DNA of 64,000 nucleotides from Oikopleura dioica (lineage: Eukaryota > Animalia > Chordata). Under the pieces are notes generated by a model. That model had not been told where the DNA came from and made no database searches. It saw only the letters and a program-made list of their open reading frames with translations. The translations under genes and the position numbers were made by a program. How positions within the stretch are numbered: position 1 is the stretch's first letter; every line of letters begins with the position of its first letter. Shown in pieces: positions 24,368 through 37,790 of the stretch. The stretch covers positions 12,090,001-12,154,000 of the forward strand of contig OU015566.1 of NCBI GenBank assembly GCA_907165135.1, given 5' to 3'.

Positions 24368-27300
24368 ATGGACTCTGGCTATTCAGCACTTTCTGAAAGT
24401 GGCTCTACTTCTCACTTACCAAGAAATCAAAAGACCAAGAAACATGCTTCTGTTTCTATTCAAACGCAAACTGGCGAATCCGGCGGGTACACTCTCCCCG
24501 TCAAGGTATTTACTGAACATTTAACACTTTCATTTACAGTTTTCCTTTGCTCCTTTACTAATCCTTTCCTGTTCCGTGAAAACGAAATCTGAGGGTGATA
24601 TAAGTTTGTCAGGGTGGTCATAGAGATTCAATGTGTATTCAATGTGTGGACGATGGGAGGGATGAGAGAAGGGGCTAATTTCAAATTGTCGATGACTCTC
24701 GCTCTACGTGAGGCGGTGAAGCGTGACCTTACCCGAGAAATGTTCCATTCCGCGGAGGTTGTTTTTGGCGCCGCGGGGGGAGAATACCCTACCATGGTAC
24801 TGAATATTTTGGCCTTCAGCCGTATCGAGCTTAGACCCTAGTAAATTTTGGGGAAACAAAAAAAGAAAGGTCGGCAAAAATAAAAATCGGAAATCCAAAC
24901 TCGATCAACCCCCCTTTTTTATTGTAAAGAGAGAACTAAAGTGGCGAAAATTACAGGCTTCGTTGAGCAATTCTATCCAGTCGACGGGGCTGCCGTCGAG
25001 ACAGTATATTAAATTTATCAGAGACAATTAAAAAACCCACTATCTAGACAAGCCAATGTGGTATGACTGCTCATGTCGGCTACATTCCCGTCCCGTACAC
25101 TACCCACATCGACCCCTACAATAATGTGCAATACACGGTAAATATTGTAAACTCTATTTGATCTTTTCGAAAAAGAAAGCGGATCGAGTCGTAAATTAGC
25201 TCCATATTTTGGATCGTTCGGCCCGCGCTCATCTACACAAAGGGGATCAAATTTAGGTGGATCCAAGACAATATCACCCTCGATTTCGTTTTTTCGGAGA
25301 CCCCTTTTCGACTTTATTGAAAGTTGTGTTATTAACCCGAAATTTTGTGTAGCGTGAGAGAGATTGTTCTGCTGATATTGTCCCATGTGGTGCTCGTAAT
25401 GAATTCAAAAAGGTAACTAAAGTAGAAAATAGAACCTATTTGGTTCTAGGGAAAAATCAGGCCGAGGGATTATCCTTCGAACTCGTTTCGGTTGATTACG
25501 CGAGGCTTATTGAGCCGTGATCAATCATTTTTCCTGCCCCGAGGAATAGAATTGCAGCTAATTGACTCGGGTCTTTTTCATTGATTCGTGTGTTTTCAAA
25601 ATGTATAATGAACTATGAAACGAAATTTATAAATCTTTATAAATAATCTACTGATAGATGAAAACTGATGATGAAGGATCACGCGTGCTCCACGTACGCG
25701 GACTGCCTGATGATGTTTCTGAGCATGAAATCTGGAAGCTAGTACTGCCATTCAAAACATTAGGCCTCATGGTTAACTTTATGCACCTCAAGGTAGGAGT
25801 TTTTCCTTGACCCATCTTGAATCGCTGCTATAGAGCAAGAATCAAGCGTTTATCGAAGTTGACAGCATCGAAATGGCCCGTGAAATGGTCCAATACTATG
25901 TTCTTAATCCGCCATGTATACGCCAGCGAACAATTCATTTACAATTCTCCAACCACAAGCAGCTTAGCCCACCAAGTTCTGCCTTACAAGAGGTTTATTC
26001 CATCCCAAAAACAATCAAGCTAAGAATAAATTTAGAAATTACTTATCGAGTTGCAGAAATTCCAAGAAGTAGAAGGCGGCAATAATCATGTACTCCGGGT
26101 AGTCGTTGAAAACATGACCTACCAGATCACTCTCGACGTACTTACACATCTGTTCAGCCAGTTTGGCAATGTTCTCAAAGTTATTACGTTTACAAAAAAC
26201 AGTAAGCTCCGTCTTTACGACTCTTGATTAAATTTTCGATAGACCAATTCCAAGCGCTCATCCAAATGGACTGTGAAAGTAATGCGCAGGCTGCCAAGCT
26301 CTCACTCGACGGAAAAAATGTTTACACAAACTGCTGTACCCTCAGGTAAGAAGCTGAACTAGCTCGATGAAACTGTTACTAACGACTTCTCCCTGAAGAA
26401 TAGACTACTCAAAGCTGCAACAACTTAATGTCAAATTCAACAATGACAAGTCCCGTGACTACACTCGTCCAGAATTGCCACAAAGTGATGATTACAATAA
26501 CTCGCATTCACACTCACATTCGCATCAGCACTCGCAAATGATTCCAAGTAAGACTTGAAAGTTGAAGAGCCTTTGCTGTATTTTTTAGCTTATCAAAGTG
26601 GCCTTATGGGTCAGGCTCCTCAAATGGGCATTCCAACTTCAATGATGTCTCCTTTGCCAACTATTCAAAACGGTTCCTCGCCATACTCCCCTGCACCGCC
26701 ATCCAATGGCCCGACTGTCCTTCTTGTTGCCAATCTCGATGAGGAGGTAAAGGAACCAACTTTGTGAAAAATGCTCAAGTTACATTTTAGCGTATTACAT
26801 GTGACATACTTTTCACTCTCTTTGGCGTCTACGGAAATGTACTAAGGGTGAAAATTCTTTACAACAAGAAAGATAACGCACTGCTTCAAATGGCCGACAA
26901 CCATCAAGCTACCACTGGTAGAGCTTTCCCTGATGAACCTGTATCTTAACTAAGATTTAGCCCTGACCCACCTGAATAGTCGCGTTCTTCATGATAAGCC
27001 CCTCCGAGTTGTCTTCTCAAAGCATCAACAAGTCCAGCTGCCTAAGGAAAATCACGAAGCCTGTGATCTTACTAAAGATTTCACCAACAACCCTCTCCAT
27101 AGGTTCAAGAAGCCTGGATCTAAGAATTTCCAGGTAGGATTCAAAAAGTTACTCCCATCAAAAACGATGTTTTAAGAACATTCATCCTCCATCCGAAACG
27201 CTACATCTCAGTAACATTCCACCAGAAATCGAGGAAGAACGCATACGAGAACTTTTTGTCCCATTCGGGAATATAAAGAACTTCAGATTTTTCCAGTAAG

Positions 27301-27534
27301 AGAATTAAGTTTTTCAGCAGCATTCAAAGAAATTTTAGTAATGATAAAAAGATGGCCCTCATTGAAATGGGTTCCGAACCTGAAGCTGTAGAAGCCTTAA
27401 TTGTAAGTCTACAACTGTTTTCTCGTCATATATTTTGTTTATTCTAGCAATTACATAACGTGAAGCTGAGTGACACAAACCACCTAAGAGTATCATTCTC
27501 AAGAAGTGCTATTGCTGCTCCAAAAACTCAATAA
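24368..27534 (+). CDS. PTBP1: Polypyrimidine tract-binding protein (4 RRMs)
   Basis: [115 protein letters not shown]. The common first RRM exon starts at 25658. Confidence 0.93.
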
Positions 27535-27830
27535 AGTTCCTCCGTTACCATCCTCTTTCGAGCGGAAGGTTGACTAAAAATTCTATTTGTGTTCGTGTGT
27601 TCTTGCAATTTTACCTTCAAATACAGAGGGTACAAAATTTTTGTCCTCAACAGGTCAAAGAGTAGATTTTCTTGACAAATAGTAAACTCCCATTCCAAAT
27701 CAAGCAGCTCGCAAATATTTACCCAAACTCGCTGCAAATACCCAAATCTTGGCGTGTCTTGGTCCTTTTCAGTGAGCCGCGCCTGCTTTAGAGAACTCTC
27801 GAAGTCGTTTGATAAACGTCGGCGGAAATC

Positions 27831-29650
27831 ATGATGCGAGTACAACATGCTCTCCGGCATGTTCGAGCCAAATCTATCCGTGTTGGATGCGCTTCTGGAT
27901 TTTGGGGTGATTCGACCTTGTCCACCGGTCAGCTTGTTGAAAAGGGAGATCTTGACTATCTTGTGTACGATTATCTCTCTGAGATCACCATGTCTCTCAT
28001 GGTCGGCGCCCAAATGAGACGACCAGAGATGGGCTACGCTCCTGATGTCATCAGAGACATCAAGCCTCATTTCGGAGCCCTTCAGGAGCGCGGCACTAAG
28101 TTGGTTTGCAATGCTGGAGGCATCAACCCCGTTGGTTGTGCTGAGGCCATGTCCAAAGCAGCGGAAGCTGCTGGTTTCAAGGTAGATAATGATCGCTTTT
28201 TAATAATTCACAATCTAGGACCTCAAAATTGCCGCTATCGGAGGCGATCAAGTTGAACAGCCAGGCTACATGACTTCCAATGCGTATTTTGGATGTGAAT
28301 CGGTTGTTGAAGCTCTCAATCGAGGTGCTGATATGGTCTTGACGGGTCGTCTTGCTGATTCTGCATTGATCCTTGGCCCCGCCATGTACGAATTCGGCTG
28401 GAAGATGAACGACTGGGACAAGCTTGCTGCAGGATCTGCTGCTGGTCATATTGTGGAGTGTGGAGCTCAGTGCACTGGTGGAAACCACACTGATTGGCAA
28501 AACGTTGCTGACTCTTGGTGGAATGTTGGCTTCCCCATTGCCATTATCGATGAGTCTGGTTCATTCGAAATTACCAAACCAGAAGGTACCGGGGGCAAGG
28601 TCTCTTGGGCCACTGTTGCTGAGCAGTTGACCTATGAAGTTGGCAATCCCGCTGGTTACATCCTCCCCGATGTTGTTGCCAATCTATCTGAAGCCGTCAT
28701 TGAAGAAGTTGGCGAAAATCGAGTCAAGGTTACCGGAATCACTGGTGTTGCGCCTACCGACACACTTAAACTTGGCCGAACAAAGTTCGATGGTTTCCGA
28801 TCTATCCTTCCTGTCTACATCGGCGGCCGAGATTGCCAAGAAAAAGCCCTCGCAACTGGCCGAGCATTGATCAAGCGAATCGAGGATGAGCTCGAAAAGC
28901 GCGATCTTGGAAAATTCACTCGAGTAACAATGGCAGTCACTCCTCCTCTCGGAGTAAAAACGCCAGAATGCACCCTTCGAGTTGTCGTGCGCCACCCAGA
29001 TCGTGAAGCTCTCAAGTTTTTCGGTCTGGAGATCGCTACTGCTGGAACTTCGATGGCTCCTGGTCTTCAAGCCGTGTCTGGTGGGCGACCAAAGCCTACT
29101 CCCTGTCTTTCTTATCAGTCAGTTTTGATACCTAAAAGCGATGTCACGCCGACCATCACACTTGGCGACGAAGAAATTGAAGTTCCTAACTTTTCTGACT
29201 ACGAGGCAACGAAAGAAATCCCGCAACCAAACGCTCAAGAAGACGCTGTCAGAACGGGCCCATTTACTTATTCAGTCCATGACCTCGCATATACAAGATC
29301 AGGAGATAAAGGCAATTCCTGCAATGTTTCTGTGATCGCTCGAAAGCCAGAATATCTTCCATACTTGAGGTTAGCCTAGAAAATTTTGTCGAGGCTATCA
29401 TATTTTTAGACGACATTTGACCGAAGACAGAATCTTCGAATTCTTCCAAGACAAGTTTGCGGAAGGAGCTACCGCAGAGCTTGTCACCAGATATGACTGG
29501 CCCGGACTCAACGCTCTCAACTTCGTCTTGGAAGAGTCACTTGCTGGTGGTGGAATTGCTTCCGATGCTAATGATCCACAAGGAAAAGCTTATGGATCCC
29601 TTCTGACTCTGATGGAAATCCCCGATCTCCCTCACATAACTGAACTTTAA
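27831..29650 (+). CDS. Acyclic terpene utilisation AtuA-family (DUF1446) protein
   Basis: IRVGCASGFWGDS, DYLVYDYLSEITM, NAGGINP, GRLADSAL, AAGHIVECGAQCTGGN and C-terminal RSGDKGNSCNV...DPQGKAYG. Two short GT-AG introns. Confidence 0.9.
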
Positions 29651-29742
29651 TAAACCAAACTGTAATTCATGCTCTCGCTTCATTCGACAATTCATAATAA
29701 AAAGTCCGATAATTATTTTTCTGACAGTATATTTTGCATAGA

Positions 29743-31941
29743 ATGGTGTCAGGTGGCAGGGAAGTGGCAACAACGGATGCGGACGGAAAGTGGGAAGATG
29801 TTCTTCTCCCACCTGCAGCCATGACTTCCGGGAAATTGGAAGGTCTAATTGGATTCCAAGAATTTGTTCCAAACAGAGAGCCCGTCTTTCAAAAGAAGAA
29901 GCAAAAACCAGCGAAAACTAAGAAAAGAAAACTTGCGAAAAATGCAGTTTTATTCGGGGAAGGTGAAGATTCAATGGTTACAGAGACTGAGTCGTCCATT
30001 CCGTCGGAGCCAAAGAAAAGTAAAAAGGAGCCCACCAAGAAGCCTGAAGAAAAGCCAAAGAAAAAACAGAAAAAGTCGAAAGCCAAATCGTTCGAGCTGA
30101 CAGACGAAGAGAAAGCAGTGTCGAACAGCGAATATGTGTTTCAGAATAAAATTCCTGAATGGCGAAAGTTTAATCTTGACATTGGACTTCTCCGAGCAAT
30201 TGACAGTCTCGGTTTTAAATCGCCAACGGATATTCAGCGCCAATGCATTCCAAAAGGATTGAATACGAAGAAAACGATTCTTGGTGCGGCCGAAACGGGC
30301 TCTGGAAAAACGATAGCTTATGCTTTGCCAATTTTGCATAAAATTATTGGATATTTGGGTTAGTTAAAACCATCGAAATAAGATCTTTATCCCTCTTTAT
30401 AGAAAAGTATAGCGCTCAACCAGATGTTGAGCAATCTGATGAGAAAAAACCGTCCCTGGACGAATATCGAGATTTCAGCGAAGAAAAAACAGTTGGTCCT
30501 CAAGCCCTTATCCTCTGTCCAACCCGTGAGTTAGCGATGCAGGTTCACGACAGCGTACGACTCGTTTCGAAATTCACTACTGTCAAAACTACCGCCATCG
30601 TCGGCGGCATGGCAGCGGAAAAGCAGCAGCGAATTCTCACCAAAATACGACCTGAAATAATTGTCGCGACACCAGGAAGGTTTTGGGAGTTGAGAGAAAC
30701 TGGTCAAGAATATTTGCAGAATTTACACTCTCTAAAGTATTTTGTTGTTGATGAAGCTGATAGAATGGCCGAGAAGGGTCATTTTGCGGAGCTTGACAGG
30801 TATGAATTCAAAAATACAAGCGAAGTTTTAACTTTCAACTTAGAATCGTCGGGGCCCTTGATAAAGCATGCCAGAAGTTCGTATTTTCCGCGACTTTGAC
30901 TCTCACTCACGTGAATTCGGAACGGATGGATAAAATGAATATAAAAGCAGAAACTGCTAAATCAAAGATAAACAAGCTGATGAAAGCGATTGGTATCGAT
31001 AGAAAATCTTCTGAGGTCGTTGATCTATCGAACTCATCCATGGTTGCGTCTTCGATCCAGGAGCTGAAGGTTTCGATTTTGAGCGACAAGGATAAAGATG
31101 TCTGGCTGTATTATCTCTTGAAGGAAGAAGAGGGTAGATCGATTGTTTTTTGCAATTCCATCACTGGAGTTTTGCGACTGAGGTATTCTCAAAAAAATCA
31201 TCCAAAGATCGATCCTAAGATCAAATTCAGGGGTCTTTTGGCGACATTGAAGCTCCCTGTTCACGCTCTACATGCAAATTTGAAGCAAAAACAACGGTTA
31301 AAAAACTTAGATAGTTTCAAAAAATCAACCGATGGTATTCTCCTTGCAACTGATGTCGCTGCTAGAGGACTGGACATCCCCAACGTCGATCAAATCATTC
31401 ATTTCCAGGTTTTAGAAGCTGATTTTGAGCAAATCTATTATTTTTTAGTTTCCAAACGCGGCGGAAACGTACGTTCACCGGTCAGGACGATGTGGTCGAG
31501 CAGGAAGAACTGGAACGGCTGTTACATTATTGAAAGATTCCGATGTTAAAAACTACAAGAAAGTGCTTCATACTTTGAAAAAAGCTCCGCTTGATAATTA
31601 TGACGGCGATATGCCACCAAAATTTTACAACGGTTTGTGTTTAGCAGTCTTCAACTTTTTAATCTATGAATTTAGAGCTAATTGATTTGGCAAAGAAAGT
31701 TGATGTATTCACGTATCGAAAGAGGAAAACGAATAGTGACAAGTGTTGGCTGAAGGTATTTCAACTCATTTGACTTCGTACAAGATAAATGATTATTGTT
31801 TAGAAAAACGCAGAACTTTGTGAAATAGAATTGTCGGAGAGCGAATCGGAAGATGAAATGAATGAACGAAAAGAAATTGAATCTAACGAAAGAAACAAGA
31901 TTAGACTTGCTGAATTGCTCAAAGCTGCAAGCAAGCAATAA
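29743..31941 (+). CDS. DDX24: DEAD-box RNA helicase DDX24/Mak5
   Basis: GKWEDV...EGLIGFQE N-terminal motif, GAAETGSGKT, PTRELA, VATPGR, DEADRM, SATLT, ATDVAARGLDIP, YVHRSGRCGRAG. Confidence 0.88.
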
Positions 31942-32179
31942 ACTGAACATTATTATGCATCAAATCACTCATGAGCAATAATTGTTTCAGAACTTGATCA
32001 TGATTTGTCTGAAAGTCGAAATGCTGACTATATCCGGGGAAAAACTTATCTTTTGTATCGCTTGGTCATAGTTGGTACGTAACAGTACAGAATCGTAATA
32101 ATTATTATTTCTAGAACTATTTTTACTAATAAGGGATGAAAACAAATGATTTTAGTTTAGTTCCTTACCGTTAAAAAGC

Positions 32180-33457
32180 ATGGTGAATTCAATTGATTAT
32201 TTAGCTTCAGACATCACAAGACACTGTCCTTGATTCGATTTATATTTAGTCCGCCCCAGAACACACTCAACCTCCTGTAGATGTAGAAGATGTAAAAGTA
32301 CCATCCCCATCCGGCGAAACTCCTGTAGATGCCCCAGAGACGAGTGCCGAAGCTCCTACTCCTGCTGGTATGGCACCGCACGGACATGCGTATGGCGCTC
32401 CATCTCCTCAACCATATGGTGCGCCACCTCCTCAAGCTTATGGCGCCCCTCCGGCACAAACGTACGGTGCACCAGCTCCAGCACCTGTCCCAGCGCCAGC
32501 CGCCCCACAACAACCTATCATCATAAACATCCAGCAAAACGCTGGTGGATTCAACTGGGCCCCTCCACCTTCTCATGCTGAGGTAGCTCGTGCTAATTGT
32601 CCTCCAGGCATGGAATACTTCCTTGGCATCAACTCAGTGATTGTGCATCAAAGTGTCTCCTGTAGCGACAATTGCAGCTCCCTCTGTTGTCCATGCATCG
32701 CTCCATGCGTTCATGAAGGAAACGAATACAATGTGAGTTCCTTCATTTATATTCGGAATTGATGAAAACTTTAGATTCTGAATAACCAAGAGCAAGCTCT
32801 CTTTGAGTTGAAGGAGATGGAGAACTGCGGCGGCGTCCCAGGAAAGATTTTCGCTGGAGCGAATCGAGGTTTTCACATGATTATGACTGATGGTCTCAAC
32901 AGAGTTGTATGCAAATTAAACCGTAAATACAAATGCAGATCCCCCGTTTGTAATTATTTTCCATGTACTTTGCAAGAAGTCGGTAAGTTTTATCTCCATT
33001 GACGCCTAAAGAACACAAAAACTCAGAGGTTACGGATGGAAACGACCACCCAATCGGATTTATCAAACAATCATCTTCTTTGAAAGAGTTGAAGTATGAA
33101 ATCTGCACTCCTACTGGTGTCCCCACCCTCAAGATAAAGCAAGACCGAAGTTTCTGTGAAAAGCTTTTCCCTGCATGCACAAGCTCATTCTTTCCTTTGA
33201 CATCATACGACGGCAAGAATAGCATTGGTGGCGTGACTAAGGAGCAAACTTGCTGCGAAATTTTCAGTGGAGAACAAAAATACAAGGTCAGATCACTGAC
33301 TCCGAACTGCTCGTTTTCAAGCTTTCTTCAGGTCGATTTTCCAGCAGATTTAGACGTGAGAATGAAGACAACCGTTCTCGCAGCATCGATCCTCATCGAC
33401 TATTTGTACTTCGAAACTGGTGCCTTTGGAATTTGCTCAAAGATCACGCCCTGTTAA
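32180..33457 (+). CDS. Phospholipid scramblase-like protein, divergent copy 1
   Basis: ATG-only first exon, Pro/Gly/Tyr-rich N-terminus (YGAPPPQ repeats), NCPPGMEYF, PCTLQEV, DFPADLDVRMK...IDYLYFE scramblase motifs. Confidence 0.85.
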
Positions 33458-33745
33458 TTCTAATTTTAAAACTGTGACCGAAGAATAATGTTTATTTTGT
33501 TATATCGAAGTCTTAATCATCATCTTAGCAAGGACTCATTTCAGAACTCAACTATGAGTGAGTATCGGTTCGATGTAAAAATGATTAATGATTGGAGTCC
33601 ACCGCTGTAATCCGTGAGTACCGTGTATAAAAATGTTAAGTAATTATGATACTGTTATGATTTCTAGAATTGTTGTCTAAAAATTTGGATTTCTAAAAAT
33701 CGTTTCAGTTTTGTAGTTTGATAATCAAACTTTGATTATTTGACC

Positions 33746-35166
33746 ATGGTAAATTTAGTTTGGTAAAGAATGCTGTTTTCATAATCTAAATGAGTTCCTG
33801 ATATGTGATAGACCTCGAATTTTATTTAGTCTGACGCTCCAGACTACGCTAAGCCTACTCTTCCTGAAGATGGTCAAAAGATACCTTCACCATCTGGTCA
33901 AGCTCCAGAAGATGTCCATGAGGAAAGTTCTGCAGTGCCTACTCCTGCTGGTATGGCACCAGGCTACGGTGCTCCCCAACAACCCTATGGTGCCCCTCGA
34001 GCTCCAGCTCCACAACCCTACGGTGCACCACCTCCCCAACCTTACGCTCCTCGACCTCCTCAACCTTACGGCGCTCCAGCTCCACAACCTTACCGTCAAC
34101 CAGCTCCTCAAGCATACGGTGCTCCACCCGCACAAGCATACGGTGCACCCCGACCTCCAGCTCCTGCCCCCGTACAAGCTCCGGCCCCCGCACCAGCTCC
34201 AGCAGCACCACAACAGCCCGTCATAATCAATATCCAACAAAACGCTGGTGGATTCAACTGGGCTCCCCGACCTTCTCAAGTGGCTCGCCAAAATTGCCCA
34301 CCAGGCTTTGAATACTTTCTTGGCGTCAATTCAGTCGTTGTCCATCAAAATATCTCTTGCTCCGTAAATTGTACCTCGCTTATTTGTCCCTGCTGCACTC
34401 CATGCGTCCATTCTGGAAATGAATACAATGTAAGTCCATTTTTGTCAACCAGAAAATAAAATTCCATGTTAGATTCTCAATGCCCAAGATCAAGCTCTTT
34501 TCGAGCTAAAAGAAACTGAAAATTGTGGTGGTGTTTGTGGCAAAATGTGCGTTGGACCCAATCGAGGATTCGAAATGGTAATGACTGATGGTCTTAACCG
34601 CGTCGTTTGTAAAATAAAACGAACATTCAAATGCAGATCTAGCTGCTGTAATTATCTACCATGTACTCTGCAAGAACTCGGTTAGTTTCACTATTTCTCG
34701 TTCGAAAACATAACATCTCAAAAGAGGTTACCGATGCGCACAACAACCCAATCGGTTTCATCAAGCAGCAAGCTTCCTGTTGTGATATGAAGTATGAAAT
34801 CTGCACGCCTACCGGAGTTCCCACCCTTTTAATCGAACAAGACCGAAGTCTCTGTGAAAAGCTCTTTCCCGCATGTACAAGCTCATTCTTTCCCCTCAAA
34901 TCTTACGACGGCAAGAATAGCATCGGAGGCGTGACGAAGGAGCAGTCGTGTTGCGAAATGTTCAGTGGAGAACAAAAATACCGGGTAAGATTATGCGGCA
35001 TAATTTATGCCACATTTCCAATCTTATAAATTCTCTTTAGGTCGATTTCCCCAAAGATTTGGACGTGAAAATGAAGACGACCGTTGTTGCAGCTTCAATT
35101 CTGATCGACTACTTGTACTTTGAAAATGGCGCCTTTGGAATTATCTCAAACATTATACCTTTTTAA
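33746..35166 (+). CDS. Phospholipid scramblase-like protein, divergent copy 2 (tandem paralog)
   Basis: Same exon-intron layout as copy 1, including the ATG-only exon. NCPPGFEYF, PCTLQEL, DFPKDLDVKMK...IDYLYFE. Confidence 0.85.
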
Positions 35167-36540
35167 CTTATTTTATTATAAATATATTCTATTTTATTTA
35201 ACTAACAATTGATGTCTGTTTCTTGTCAAAAACGATCATTTCTAAAATAGAAAGAAACGGTCTAGGAAAGTCTGGTGACAGGTTGATTTCAACTGCGAAA
35301 CGAGATAACAGCGTTTTGAGAGCGAATTTAGGCTTCTTTGCCTTCAAGCTGAAGCCTTTTATTTTTTTCTTAGTTCTTATTCATTCGTGGTGTCTTGAAA
35401 GGCAAATAGACGAGATAAGCCTTGAAGAAGCGCGTCGATTTCCTCCATAATCAACTTAGAATAAACTGCTAATTTGTTCTCTTTTTTAACGATGTCTCAA
35501 GCCCAGATGAGACTGGCCATAGAGAATTATCGCTTATCTACTTTATAGAGATACCACACACGATGTTTCTCAAGAAAAAGAACATAATCAATCACAATGA
35601 AGCATTTTTGTTTGCCTAAAGGGCATATTTAAAGAACACTAAATACCAACATTCTTTTCTGGCAATAAAAATTTGGCAGTCAAAGTTGGTACGAGAGAGG
35701 AAGCAAAGGAGTTAACGCGGTTTCCTTGCGTTCATGAATTAAAAAACGAAAGATAATGCGAGCGTTGATAAATATTAGAGTGAGAATCTATCGAAAATGA
35801 GAAAGATCAATCAGTATCTATGACGATATCGTTTCTTTTTTGGATATTTTTATGACGAGAACAGTTGAATGAAAAATGTCTGTTCTGCTACCCTGACTTT
35901 GCTTTACTTTTCAAGAGCAGAAACCTGAATGCTTGGTCTCTATAGAAACTTAACTGCGCTTAAAGTTATGAGCATTGTTCTGTCCTTTTCAAGGATAGAG
36001 ATAACCTACTGGGCTGAAAATGATTTCGCTTTGAAATCAAGCCCTGTGCTGTTCTAAATCGAGTTTTCTCCCGAGAGTTATCAATATTCATAGCCAGGTT
36101 TTAATCACGTGCGACCAGTGGTCAGCTCAAAACTTGCCTAGAAATTCTCTTTTGTCCCAGATAGAAAAATAGAGAGGCTTTTGCTCCTACATTAATTTTT
36201 TAGGAAAAATGTAACATTTTCTTTTTCTGAACGCCCTTTCTAATGAATGACCAAGTTATGATTGAGTAAATAAACTTTATGTAGATTATGGAATCAGCAC
36301 GGACCCTCTCCATTAGAAATTTTCAGAGAATTTTTAATCGTGATCGCAAGAGAATGTTTTACCTTCATTGTGACAGGGAAATCTCTTAATGATTGAACAA
36401 ATAGGGCATCACAAAAGTGTATATAAAGCAAATCTTGAATAGTGGCCTAAGATATAAAACTTCATTTCCAACTTCACAAGAGAAACTTCTCCCTAAAAAG
36501 AGTCTTATATTCACTCGTTTCCAGCTTTATCTCACCTAGA

Positions 36541-37790
36541 ATGAGTTATCAGCCGCCTCCACCACCAGGAATGCCGATGCAGCAACAGAATGCCTGGGCA
36601 CCGCCGCCACAAATGGAGCGACCGAGCAATTGTCCACCGGGATTGGAATACTTGCTCCATGTTGATCAGCTGTTGGTAAAACAACAAGTCGAACTCTTCG
36701 AAGCTTTCACTGGATTCGAAACATCTAACAAGTACAAGGTATGTTCACAATATTGAATTTTTGGTAGCACTCAGAATTCTTTAGATTCTAAACAGCATGG
36801 GACAGCAAGTCTTCTTCGCTGGCGAAAAGAGTGACTGCTGCACTCGCCAATGCTGTGGTCCACTTAGAAGCTTTGAAATGGCGATAACAGACAACATGGG
36901 CCAAGAAGTGGCCCGATTCGAACGACCCTTCAATTGTACTTGCCGATGCTGTCTTTGCTACCTTCCGTGCCAGCTCCAAGAGATGGGTTATTAATCTAAT
37001 GCTCCCCAGACCTTCACTCAGCATTTTAGACATCACGGCTAGTGGACAATTAGTTGGAAAGATCAAGCAACGTGCAGACTGCACCGAGCCGGTCTTTTCA
37101 ATTTGCGACGCGTCTGGAGAAGAAATTCTCAAAGTAAAAGGACCCGTGTGCGTGATCTCTTGCTGCGGAGACATTGATTTCGAGGTAACTAATTGTAATG
37201 AACGACTGACTTATTTGATTAAAAAGGTCCTGACAAAAGATGGTCAGCAAATTGGCAAAGTAACGAAGCAATGGAGCGGTCTCGTCCGCGAAGCCTACAC
37301 AGACGCTGATAACTTCGGTGTTAGCTTCCCATTAGATCTCGATGTCAGGGTCAAGCTCACTTTGATGGCCATGGTTTTCTTAATCGTAAGTATACTAGAC
37401 GTATTCTTGCATGATTATTGTTTGATGATGGTTTGTAGGACTCGATGTTTTTTGAAAAAGCTCGCGACGAGCACCCCACAATTTGCCAGAAACTTTGGCC
37501 CTCGTGCCTTTTGAAGCACTTTTGGCAGCTATTATTCTTTCTTATCCCCATCGGGATTCTCATAGCGGCCCCTGCAATCGCTATCCATGCATGGATGCGA
37601 GACAAATGAGGTTCAATCGGTGGCCTTTTTGGGTGACAACCTGACTGGGTGATTTCCATACCTGAATTATGAAATGATAATTTATCACTTTTAATTCCAT
37701 TTCTTGCCATTTTGTTTAAATTTTGACGGAACTAATCTTTTAATCTAGGATTTCATGTTCTTTGAAGAGAACCAGCAGAACAACGATTAA
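36541..37790 (+). CDS. PLSCR1: Phospholipid scramblase (canonical type) with two alternative terminal exons
   Basis: [77 protein letters not shown]. Terminal exons at 37439-37609 or 37749-37790 (DFMFFE). The symbol indicates the family only. Confidence 0.9.

Noticed and set aside
25018-25386. 122-aa minus-strand ORF in the PTB 5' region
   Set aside because: It overlaps a better-supported plus-strand PTB first exon and has no recognisable features.
27831-29650. AtuA as a recent horizontal transfer or contaminant
   Set aside because: It has spliceosomal introns and host-like composition, and the family is not restricted to bacteria. HGT cannot be claimed without a phylogeny.
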